This document shows, piece by piece, positions 1 through 8,640 of a stretch of 64,000 bases of DNA. Within the stretch, counting starts at the first letter, position 1. The number at the start of each line of letters is the position of its first letter. The stretch covers positions 2,688,001-2,752,000 of the forward strand of contig OZ242008.1 in the NCBI GenBank assembly GCA_965204735.1. The letters are read 5' to 3'. The translations under genes were made by a program, and so were the position numbers. Below the pieces are notes generated by a model. It was given only the letters and a program-made list of their open reading frames with translations, searched no databases and had not been told where the DNA came from. Origin of the DNA: Longimicrobiales bacterium. Lineage in GTDB: Bacteria; Gemmatimonadota; Gemmatimonadetes; Longimicrobiales; Gaopeijiaceae.

Positions 1-1731
1 GGCGACTTGGTGGTTGCCGCGTTCTTCGAGGGCGGCAAGCCAAGCAAAAGGGAGACGGCAAGGGCCGAACTTGCAAACGCCGTCGACGACGGGACGGTGC
101 GCGACTACGCAAGCTGGCTGGACGACCGGTGTCGCGGGGAGCCACCTCTCGCACCGTTCCACTGGGAGATCGAGTTCCCAGAGGTGTTCGACAAGAGAAG
201 TCCGGGGTTCGACGCGATCGTTGGGAATCCGCCATTCGCTGGGAAGAACTCGGTGGCGGCCGCAAATGTGGACCACTATCCCCTCTGGCTGAAGCAAGTT
301 CACGCAGACAGCCATGGTAACGCCGACCTGGTGGCCCACTTCTTCCGTCGTTCATTCGACTTGACTCGCGATGGCGGGGCTTTCGGTCTGATCGCGACCA
401 ACACGATTGCCCAAGGCGATACGCGCTCGACCGGACTTCGCTGGATATGCCAACACGGCGGCGAGATATACCGAGCCACGACGCGAGTGAAGTGGCCGGG
501 ACTGGCCGCCGTGGTGGTGAGCATCTTGCATGTTGCGAAGGGCCAGTTGTCTGGAAGGAAGACGCTTGACGGGCGCGAAGTCGATCAGATCACGGCCTTC
601 CTGTTTCATCGTGGTGGTCACGACGATCCGGCGCGATTGAGGGCGAACGCCGGCAAGAGCTTTCAGGGTAGTATCGTCCTCGGCATGGGCTTCACCTTTG
701 ACGACACGGACAAGAAGGGGGTGGCAACGCCGCTGACCGAGATGCATCAGTTGATCGAGGACGATCCCAGGGCCGAAGAGGTCATCTTTCCGTACATTGG
801 TGGTCAGGAGGTGAACACTGATCCGACGCACCAACACCACCGCTACGTGATCAACTTTCGCGATTGGCCATTGCGGCGAGCCGACATTGGCGAGACGTGG
901 GAAGAGGCGGATGCTGATCGGCGCAACGAGCTGCGACGCCAGCCTGTGGTGCCCAGCGACTATCCCGGTCCCGTGGCCGCCGACTGGCCGGAGCTGCTGG
1001 GCATCGTGAGGGATAAGGTCAAGCCGGAGCGCGATTACCAGAATCGTAAGGCACTTCGCGAACGGTGGTGGCACTATGCGGAAAAACGTCCAGGCTTGCA
1101 CTCCAGCATCATCAGCAAACAACGCGTGCTGGCCATTTCGCGAGTCGGCCAACATGCAAGCTTCGCGTTCCTTCCGAACGGAATGGTCTATGCGGAGTCC
1201 ATGATCGTCTTCCCCGTCGACACCTACTCGGCGTTCTGCACCCTTCAGTCGCGCATCCACGAAGTCTGGGCGCGCTTCTTCGGTTCGTCCTTTGGGGACG
1301 GACTTCGCTACACCCCCTCCGACGTCTTCGAGACCTTCCCCTTCCCCGAGAACTGGGAGACCCACCCGTGCCTTGAAGCCGCCGGCAAGAAGTACTATCA
1401 ATTCCGCGCCGATCTCATGGTCCGCAACGACCAGGGGCTCACCAAGACCTACAACCGCTTCCACGACCCGAACGAGCACGACATGGCCATCGCCCGTCTC
1501 CGCGAGCTTCACGCCGCCATGGATCGCGCCGTCCTCGATGCCTACGGATGGTCTGACCTTTCCACGGACTGCAACTTCCTGCTCGACTACGAGATCGACG
1601 AGGAGGAATGGGGCCGCAGGAAGAAGCCCTATCGCTGCCGCTGGCCGAACGACGTCCGCAACGACGTGATCGCCCGCCTCCTCGAACTCAACGCCAACCG
1701 CGCCGAGCACGAATCGAAGAGGAGACGATGA
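1..1731 (+). CDS. drmMI: N6-adenine DNA methyltransferase with target-recognition domain (DISARM class I DrmMI-like / type IIG-like), 5'-truncated
   Basis: Frame is open from base 1. FHWEIEFPEVF...GFDAIVGNPPF (motif IV NPPF), IATNTIAQGDTR, and C-terminal YNRFHDP...LH..MD.AV..AYGW. Lies upstream of drmA/B. The symbol rests on context. Confidence 0.85.
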   Translation, partial: GDLVVAAFFEGGKPSKRETARAELANAVDDGTVRDYASWLDDRCRGEPPLAPFHWEIEFPEVFDKRSPGFDAIVGNPPFAGKNSVAAANVDHYPLWLKQVHADSHGNADLVAHFFRRSFDLTRDGGAFGLIATNTIAQGDTRSTGLRWICQHGGEIYRATTRVKWPGLAAVVVSILHVAKGQLSGRKTLDGREVDQITAFLFHRGGHDDPARLRANAGKSFQGSIVLGMGFTFDDTDKKGVATPLTEMHQLIEDDPRAEEVIFPYIGGQEVNTDPTHQHHRYVINFRDWPLRRADIGETWEEADADRRNELRRQPVVPSDYPGPVAADWPELLGIVRDKVKPERDYQNRKALRERWWHYAEKRPGLHSSIISKQRVLAISRVGQHASFAFLPNGMVYAESMIVFPVDTYSAFCTLQSRIHEVWARFFGSSFGDGLRYTPSDVFETFPFPENWETHPCLEAAGKKYYQFRADLMVRNDQGLTKTYNRFHDPNEHDMAIARLRELHAAMDRAVLDAYGWSDLSTDCNFLLDYEIDEEEWGRRKKPYRCRWPNDVRNDVIARLLELNANRAEHESKRRR

Positions 1732-2951
1732 TGTCCGACAGCCCGGCGCAATGGACACCCCGGCAGTTCATGGTCACCCGAGTCAAGCTCTACCACTACC
1801 GGAGCCACGCCGCCAGCGACGTAGCGTTGCGACCTCTCACCTATCTTGTCGGGCCCACCGGATCCGGCAAGAGCACCTTCATGGACGCGCTGTCGTTCGT
1901 CGCGGACTCCCTTCGGACGTCGGTGGGCGAAGCGCTTCACGCCCGCGACGGGTTTGCGGAAGTGGTCTGGCGCGGCGGAGAGGCGAAGTGCTTCGGAATC
2001 AGGATCGAGTTCGAGTACTTGGGGGAGGCTGGGCACTATGCGTTCACGGTGGTGCATAGTTCCGACGACACGCATGAGATCGGTACAGAAGAGTGTCTTG
2101 TGAGAACAAAGAGTCCGTCACATTCGCCGTGCTTTCGCGTGGAGGCAGGCAGGCTCTTGGAAAGTTCGGACCAGTCCGATCGACATGCGGGCGCAGATCG
2201 CCTGTACTTGGCAAATGGCGCAGGCGACCCAGTGCTTCGGGGTGTATCGGAGCACATTCGGAGCATGTGCGTCTATCGGCTCAGCCCCAGCGCGATGCGC
2301 AGAATCGTTTCCCGCGATCCGGGGGCTCGCCTGATGCCGGACGGAAGCAATGCGGCAAGCGTGTTGAGAGCCATGGAGGATGGGGCGCCCGAGACCAAAG
2401 GTTATGTCGTCCAGTACTTGACCAGAATCGTGCCTGGCTTGCTGTCGATCCACCAGAAGGTCGTCGGCAACCGGCAGACGGTTGAGTTTGTGCAGGAAGG
2501 AGACGGCTCGGGGCAGGAGTTGCGGTTCTGGGCGCACAGCATGTCGGATGGCACGTTGCGCGCGTTGGGCGTACTGCTGGCCGCCTTCCAGCAAGGCGAC
2601 CCCGTCGGGGGGCTTGTGGGGATTGAAGCGGCCGATGCCGGCGTGAACCCGACGGTCGCCGGCCTTGTTGCTGCGGCGCTCGAAGATGCATCGGACCGAA
2701 GACAGATAGTGGTCAGCACACAGAACTCGGACCTGTTGGACGAAGAAGACGTTCCGGCGGAGTCGGTCGTCGCGGTCGCGGTGCGCGGTGGACGCACTCG
2801 CATAGGGCCTGTTGACGAGGTGGGGCAGTCGGTACTTCGAGAGAAGATGTTCACAGTCGGCGAACTCATGCGCCATGATCAAGTAAGGCCCGATCTCGGA
2901 GGCGCGGTTCCAGAGATGGTCGAGGCAACCTTGTTCGGGCCAACCACATGA
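1728..2951 (+). CDS. ABC/AAA_21-type ATPase with degenerate Walker B and H-loop
   Basis: Walker A GPTGSGKS, signature-like MSDGTLR, Walker B region LVGIEAADAGVNP, H-loop STQNSDLL. ATGA overlaps with both neighbours (1728-1731, 2948-2951). Confidence 0.85.
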   Translation: MMSDSPAQWTPRQFMVTRVKLYHYRSHAASDVALRPLTYLVGPTGSGKSTFMDALSFVADSLRTSVGEALHARDGFAEVVWRGGEAKCFGIRIEFEYLGEAGHYAFTVVHSSDDTHEIGTEECLVRTKSPSHSPCFRVEAGRLLESSDQSDRHAGADRLYLANGAGDPVLRGVSEHIRSMCVYRLSPSAMRRIVSRDPGARLMPDGSNAASVLRAMEDGAPETKGYVVQYLTRIVPGLLSIHQKVVGNRQTVEFVQEGDGSGQELRFWAHSMSDGTLRALGVLLAAFQQGDPVGGLVGIEAADAGVNPTVAGLVAAALEDASDRRQIVVSTQNSDLLDEEDVPAESVVAVAVRGGRTRIGPVDEVGQSVLREKMFTVGELMRHDQVRPDLGGAVPEMVEATLFGPTT

Positions 2952-5900
2952 CCTCCCCCGAGGTCCGCGAACGCCTTGCCGAGGCCCTCCTTCTGGACTT
3001 GGTCGGCCCCCCGCCGGGCCACCGGCTCGCCGACGAGATGCTGCCCCAGCGGTGGCGACCGTCGGTCTGGTATCTGACCGGTTTCCTGATACCGTCGGAC
3101 GCGCCCCCCGAGGACGCCGCCGACCTCGACGAGGAAGACGACTTGGGAGAAACGCCGGCGTCGCCGGGCCTGTCGGAGGAGTCCGCCGAAGACCGGAGGG
3201 CGGCCAAGAAGGGCTTCTTCCCGTCGTCGATGGGGTTGAGCTTCTTGGCGGCGGCGGAGGCGAGCGCTCTGAAGGTCGTCGTGTCGTGGGGCGACTACCG
3301 GCGGGCGGACGGGCCGGAGAAGCAGAAGGTGTGGCAGCGCTTTCCGCGCCGAGCGACGGTCCGCGTGCCGTTGGGGCGAGGGCAAGCCGCGACCGATCAC
3401 CAAGTCCCGGACTCCGACGGCCTGCGTCTCCACATCGTCGAGCGGGACGTCGACGTGGCGAAGTTCCTGGGCGGCATTCCCGAAGGCACGCGAGCCCTGT
3501 CGGTCTTCTTGGTCAACGGTCGCTGGCCAGCGCCGCCGGGGGACCGGGACCGGGACACGACTTACGTCTTCCAGCCGGAGGTTGCCGTCAAGTGCGACCA
3601 GCCGTTCGTCCCGCGGCCGAATCCAAGGGGCTTCAGCGCCGAGGAGTGGGACGAGCAGGTTGCCGATCTCCACTACGCCGACACCCCCAGCTACGCGACC
3701 GGCCATGGCGTCTCGGGCGAGTGGGAGATCGACGCGGACGGGGTCTGCCGGCGCGTGCGCACGGCTTGGATGCCCAGCGCCGAAGTCGAGGTGGTCAAGA
3801 CCCAGGAAGTTTATGGAGCGGAGCTGGGCATGGAGGCCCTGGGCGCCCTGCGGGACGGTGCTGCCGCCCAGGTCGCCCTTGCGCCCGTCGTGGCGGAGTA
3901 CCGCGCCTGGATTGCCGCGCAAAGGGACGACCTCGCCGCTCTGCCCGGCCGCCGGCGCGAGACCGCAGAGAAGCTGGTGCAACAGGCCGAATCCGCGGCC
4001 GACCGCATCGAGCGAGGCGTCCAACTCCTGTCGCAAGACGAAGCCGTCCTGGACGCCTTCCGGGTGGCCAACCGATCCGTCGCCCGCGCCCTGCGCCAGC
4101 GCCTCGACGACGACGCCAACCCCGAAGGTCCGCAATGGAGGAGCTTCCAGCTGGCCTTCGTCCTGCTCAACCTGCCGGGACTAGCCGACCCCGCCGACCC
4201 CGACCGCAAGATCGTCGACCTGCTGTTCTTCCCCACCGGCGGCGGCAAGACCGAGGCGTACTTGGGACTGGCGGCCACCGCAATGGTCCTGCGACGCCTG
4301 CGCAACCGGGAGCCCGACGGCGGTCACGGAGGAGCCGGCGTCTGCGTCGTCATGCGCTACACGCTGCGCCTCCTCACCTTCGACCAGCTGACGCGCGCCG
4401 CCGGACTGGTGTGCGCGCTGGAGCTCGAACGCGAAGGCAACCCCACGCGCTACGGCCAGTGGCCCTTCGAGATCGGCATCTGGGTGGGCAAGGCGGCGAC
4501 CCCCAACGTCATGGGCCGCAAGGGCGGCAAGGCGTCGTCGGGGTCGGCGCGATCCAAGACGCTCCGCTACAAGGAAAACCCACTGGGCAGGCCCGCCCCG
4601 ATTCCGTTGGAGGACTGCCCGTGGTGCGGCAAGCGCTTCCAGCCCGACGCCTTCGACCTGTTGCCCGACAGCGACAAGCCGCGGGACCTGCGCATCGTCT
4701 GCACCAACTTCGACTGCGACTTCAGCGGCGACCGACCCCTGCCCATCGTGGCCGTGGACGAGCCGCTCTACCGTCGGTTGCCTGCGTTCCTGGTCGCAAC
4801 CGTGGACAAGTTCGCCGCTCTGCCGTGGACCGGCCCTTGCGGCCTGCTCCTGGGCGGCGCCGACCGGGCCGACAAGCACGGCTTCTACGGTCCCGCCGAC
4901 CCTGCTCGCGGCCGCCCCCTTCCGGCACCGGTGCCGCCCCCGGACCTGATCGTCCAGGACGAACTTCACCTGATCTCGGGACCCCTGGGCACGATGGCGG
5001 GCCTCTACGAGACCGCAATCGAGGCCTTGTGCACGGCCAACGCCGAGACCGACTCCCCCGGCAGCCCCAAGATCGTCGCCTCCACCGCCACAGTTCGCCA
5101 AGCCGCAAACCAAGTCCAAGCGCTGTTCGCCCGGCCGGAGACGCAAGTGTTCCCGCCGCATGGACCGAGCCGTCGCGACTCGTTCTTCGCCAAGACAGTT
5201 TCCAGCGACGAACTTCCGGCCCGGCGCTACGTGGGCATCGCCGCCCAGGGGCGCAACCCCAAGGTCATCATGCGAAGGGTCGTGCTGGCGCTCATGGGCG
5301 CGGCCGAGAAGGCGTACCGGGAGTGCGGCGGACCGCGCAACCATCCGAACCCCGCCGATCCGTACATGACCCTCGTGGGCTACTTCAACAGCCTCCGAGA
5401 GCTGGGCGGGGCGCGCAGAATCCTCGAAGAGGAAGTGGGAAACACCCTCAAGCGAATCGGCGACCGCCGCCGAGTCGGGGAAGGACAGGGGCTGTTCTGG
5501 AGCCGCAAGAAGTTCCGCGAGGTGATGGAGCTCACGTCCCGCGTACCCACCAACAAGGTTGCACAAGCGCGTCATCGGCTGGGCCGCTCGTTCGGCCCGC
5601 CCGCCGGCAGCGGCTCCGCTCCGGTCGACTGCGCCATCGCCACCAACATGATCTCGGTGGGGCTGGACATCATGCGCCTGGGACTGATGGTCGTGCAGGG
5701 CCAGCCCAAGACCTCCGCCGAGTACATCCAAGCGACCAGCCGCGTCGGGCGGGACCATGGCCGTCCGGGACTGGTCGTCACGCTCCTCGGCATGTACCGG
5801 CCCCGGGACCGGTCGCACTACGAGCGCTTCCGCAGCTACCACGAGACGTTCTACCGGTCGGTGGAGGTCACCAGCGTCACGCCCTTCTCGACGCGGGCGC

Positions 5901-8143
5901 TGGACCGGGGACTGGCCGGAGCGCTGGTGGGGCTGGCCCGCCACTCGGACCGCGTGCTGACGCCGGCCAACGGCGCCGGCCGGATCGGAGACGCCAGGGC
6001 GGAGCTGGAGCACCGGCTGCTGACCGTGTTCCGGCAACGGGTGGAGTGCCAGCCGATGGACGACGACGAGCGCCGGGAACTCGTTCGGAGCGTGCAGGCC
6101 CGCGTGGTCGATCTGCTCGACTCGTGGGGCGCCGTCGCCGACGACTACCGGCAAGCGGGCGGCGGCGTCCAATACCAGAAGTACGAACAGCCGCCGCTGC
6201 CGCCGCTTCTCCGGGAGATGCTCGACACCGAGTTCGAGTCCGAGAGCCACCGGCACTTCCGGGCCAACCGGTCCCTGCGCGACGTGGAGCCGGAGGTCGC
6301 CGTCTCCCTAGAGGAGCCGGGCTCAGGGCGCGTCACGAGCCCCAAGTCCGCGAGCAAGGCCCATGGCCGCATCCGTCGCGGCCAAGTCGTCTCCACTTGG
6401 GGACCCGGCGCCCTGATCGACCTGCCGCACCACTCGGCGATCATGGGCGGGGTGGAGACTTGGCCCGGCGAGGGTGGGTTGCAGGAGGTTCTCGAGCCGC
6501 GTCTCACGGCCAAGCTCGACCACATGACCGGCGTGCACGCTCCCAGGCTGTACGCTCCCCCGGCAGCGGACGACGGCTTTCGGGGGTCGGGGCCGAAGAT
6601 CGGGGCGCGTCGCTTTCCCGAGTGGTTCGTGGTGCAGGAGAGCCATACGGGCGACCGCCGGCTCGTGCACCGCAAGCACCTCGACGAGAAGCGCAGGTTC
6701 GACGGGCGGCCCGTGGTCGCCACCCGTTTCGTTCGCGCCTGCCCCCGAGGCCACATCGACGATCTGGACTGGCGGCGCTTCGTGCACCCCGACGACGACG
6801 ATCCATGCCTGGGCGGGCTGCCCCGTCAGCTGTGGCTCGAAGAGCGGGGGACTTCGGGCGACCTGTCCGACCTTGTGGTGCGATGCGGGTGCGGCAAGAG
6901 CCGCCGCCTGTACGAAGCCGGAGACCCGGAGCTGAACGCCCTTGGCAGGTGCACGGGGGCGCGTCCATGGCTGGGCAGCGACGCAGGCGAGCCGTGCGGC
7001 CAGCCGGCCCGTCTCCTCGTCCGCACCGCCACCAACGCCTACTTCCCGCAGATCGTGAGCGTGCTGTCGCTCCCTGACCCCGGGTCGGCGGTGCGAGGCG
7101 CCGTCGTCGAGCTGTGGGACGACCTGGGGATCGTGGACGACGCGGCGGAGCTGGCGCTGATGAAGAAGAAGCCCAAGGTGGCCCAGCTGCTGGAGCCGTT
7201 CTCCGACGAACAGGTGCTGGAGGCGATCGGCGCCGTGAAGGCCGGCGCGGACGCGGACCGCCCCGTGAAGCAGGTCGAACTCGACGCCATCCTGGCCGCC
7301 CCCGAAGGCTTCCGGGACGACCCGCCCATCGACCCGGACTTCCACGCCCGGCGGCTTCCCGACCGACTATGGCGCCGCTCGGGCCGTTCCAAGGAAGTCG
7401 CGTCGGTCGTCCGGCTTCATCGCCTGCGGGAAGTCCTGGCGCTCGTCGGCTTCACGCGCTTCGAGGCGGTCACGCCCGACATCCACGGCGAACTCGAGAC
7501 CGACGTGGTGCGTGCGGACTTGGCGCGCGATCCGTCTTGGTTCCCAGCCGTGGAGAACCGAGGCGAAGGCGTGTTCGTGCAGCTGGACGCCGACGCCGTC
7601 GCCGCGTGGCAGGAGCGGTCAGCGGTCCAGGAGCGGGTGGCCCAGCTCGCCAAGGGGCACGAGAGATGGCAGGCGACCCGCAAGACCAAGCGCGACTTCC
7701 CGGGCGGCCCCTACGTCCTGCTGCACACCCTTTCCCACCTGCTGATCCACTCCCTGGCGATCCGTTGCGGCTACCCGGCCAGCGCGATCCGTGAGCGCGT
7801 CTACGCCGACGCCGCCGCTCGCTTCGGCATCCTCCTGTACACCGGAAGCCCCGATGCCGAGGGGACGCTGGGCGGCCTCGTGCAGCAGGCCCGCAGCATC
7901 GAGGACCACCTGGAACACGCCCGCGAGACGGGGGCGCTCTGCTCGAACGACCCGGTGTGCGCCCAGCACCTGCCCGGTGCCGACGACATGGAGGGCAGGC
8001 TGCTGAATGGGGCGGCGTGCCATGGCTGCGCCCTCGTCGCCGAGACGTCGTGCGAGATGCGCAACGACTACCTCGACCGCGCCCTCGTCGTGCCCGTGCT
8101 CGGCCACCCCGACGCGGCGTTCTTCGGTTCCGCCAGGAGTTGA
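2948..8143 (+). CDS. drmA-drmB: DISARM DrmA SF2 helicase fused in frame to DrmB (DUF1998)
   Basis: PTGGGKT, RYTLRLLT, QDELH, STAT, TNMISVGLD, QATSRVGR and a DrmA-like end SLRDVE (~6270-6290). Then a DrmB-like start IRRGQVVSTWGPGALIDLP (~6370), ACPRGH, and DUF1998 HTLSHLL...GTLGGL...CSNDPVC...CHGC...SCE. No stop codon between the two parts. Confidence 0.9.
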   Translation: MTSPEVRERLAEALLLDLVGPPPGHRLADEMLPQRWRPSVWYLTGFLIPSDAPPEDAADLDEEDDLGETPASPGLSEESAEDRRAAKKGFFPSSMGLSFLAAAEASALKVVVSWGDYRRADGPEKQKVWQRFPRRATVRVPLGRGQAATDHQVPDSDGLRLHIVERDVDVAKFLGGIPEGTRALSVFLVNGRWPAPPGDRDRDTTYVFQPEVAVKCDQPFVPRPNPRGFSAEEWDEQVADLHYADTPSYATGHGVSGEWEIDADGVCRRVRTAWMPSAEVEVVKTQEVYGAELGMEALGALRDGAAAQVALAPVVAEYRAWIAAQRDDLAALPGRRRETAEKLVQQAESAADRIERGVQLLSQDEAVLDAFRVANRSVARALRQRLDDDANPEGPQWRSFQLAFVLLNLPGLADPADPDRKIVDLLFFPTGGGKTEAYLGLAATAMVLRRLRNREPDGGHGGAGVCVVMRYTLRLLTFDQLTRAAGLVCALELEREGNPTRYGQWPFEIGIWVGKAATPNVMGRKGGKASSGSARSKTLRYKENPLGRPAPIPLEDCPWCGKRFQPDAFDLLPDSDKPRDLRIVCTNFDCDFSGDRPLPIVAVDEPLYRRLPAFLVATVDKFAALPWTGPCGLLLGGADRADKHGFYGPADPARGRPLPAPVPPPDLIVQDELHLISGPLGTMAGLYETAIEALCTANAETDSPGSPKIVASTATVRQAANQVQALFARPETQVFPPHGPSRRDSFFAKTVSSDELPARRYVGIAAQGRNPKVIMRRVVLALMGAAEKAYRECGGPRNHPNPADPYMTLVGYFNSLRELGGARRILEEEVGNTLKRIGDRRRVGEGQGLFWSRKKFREVMELTSRVPTNKVAQARHRLGRSFGPPAGSGSAPVDCAIATNMISVGLDIMRLGLMVVQGQPKTSAEYIQATSRVGRDHGRPGLVVTLLGMYRPRDRSHYERFRSYHETFYRSVEVTSVTPFSTRALDRGLAGALVGLARHSDRVLTPANGAGRIGDARAELEHRLLTVFRQRVECQPMDDDERRELVRSVQARVVDLLDSWGAVADDYRQAGGGVQYQKYEQPPLPPLLREMLDTEFESESHRHFRANRSLRDVEPEVAVSLEEPGSGRVTSPKSASKAHGRIRRGQVVSTWGPGALIDLPHHSAIMGGVETWPGEGGLQEVLEPRLTAKLDHMTGVHAPRLYAPPAADDGFRGSGPKIGARRFPEWFVVQESHTGDRRLVHRKHLDEKRRFDGRPVVATRFVRACPRGHIDDLDWRRFVHPDDDDPCLGGLPRQLWLEERGTSGDLSDLVVRCGCGKSRRLYEAGDPELNALGRCTGARPWLGSDAGEPCGQPARLLVRTATNAYFPQIVSVLSLPDPGSAVRGAVVELWDDLGIVDDAAELALMKKKPKVAQLLEPFSDEQVLEAIGAVKAGADADRPVKQVELDAILAAPEGFRDDPPIDPDFHARRLPDRLWRRSGRSKEVASVVRLHRLREVLALVGFTRFEAVTPDIHGELETDVVRADLARDPSWFPAVENRGEGVFVQLDADAVAAWQERSAVQERVAQLAKGHERWQATRKTKRDFPGGPYVLLHTLSHLLIHSLAIRCGYPASAIRERVYADAAARFGILLYTGSPDAEGTLGGLVQQARSIEDHLEHARETGALCSNDPVCAQHLPGADDMEGRLLNGAACHGCALVAETSCEMRNDYLDRALVVPVLGHPDAAFFGSARS

Positions 8144-8155
8144 CCACGGAGCGGG

Positions 8156-8183
8156 TTGACCCCCGGCCAAGACCCGGTAGCTT
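8156..8183 (+). promoter_or_regulatory. Putative sigma70 promoter TTGACC-N16-TAGCTT
   Basis: Near-consensus -35 and -10 hexamers directly after the drmAB stop and upstream of the small ORF at 8239. Confidence 0.5.
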
Positions 8184-8238
8184 ACCTTGCCCAAGGAGAC
8201 ACCACCGTCCCAAGTCTCATTCTGTTTGCGAGGATGAC

Positions 8239-8427
8239 ATGAGGACCAGATTCTGGGTCGAGGAGGATCCCCAGGAGATCCAGAGGCGCACGCTGGAGAG
8301 GCTGAGGAACATGCCCCAGGAGGACCCTCGGGAAGAGGCGCGCAAGATCGAGCGCGAGACGCTCCGGCGGCTCCAGGGGATGGCGGAAGAACCGTGGACG
8401 GAGGGAGCTGGCTCGCCGTCCTCATGA
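8239..8427 (+). CDS. Small charged helical protein (62 aa) with internal repeat
   Basis: GAGGA SD before ATG. MRTRFWVEEDPQEIQRRTLERLRNMPQEDPREEARKIERETLRRLQGM... Follows the putative promoter. Confidence 0.55.
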   Translation: MRTRFWVEEDPQEIQRRTLERLRNMPQEDPREEARKIERETLRRLQGMAEEPWTEGAGSPSS

Positions 8428-8640
8428 ACCGTTCCGCACTCCGGCCCCAACGTCCCGTGTGGAGCCCGGAGCCGGGACGAGTCAGCCCGTCGCCGAGCCA
8501 TGGCCCGTAAGTGACGTCTTGATGATGCGAATGTTTGTCTCGTCTTCGTCGATCTGCCAGGCTACCCTCTCCGCCACGAGGTGACGTCCGGTTCCGTTGC
8601 AAAGGTTCCGGCCCGTTCTCAGCAAATGGGGCGCCTCTCT

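Noticed and set aside
3052..7077. Long alternative-frame and antisense ORFs (also 18917-22966, 20344-23001, 33708-36800, 58103-62017)
   Set aside because: Shadow ORFs expected at high GC. They overlap well-supported genes and contain no recognisable motifs.
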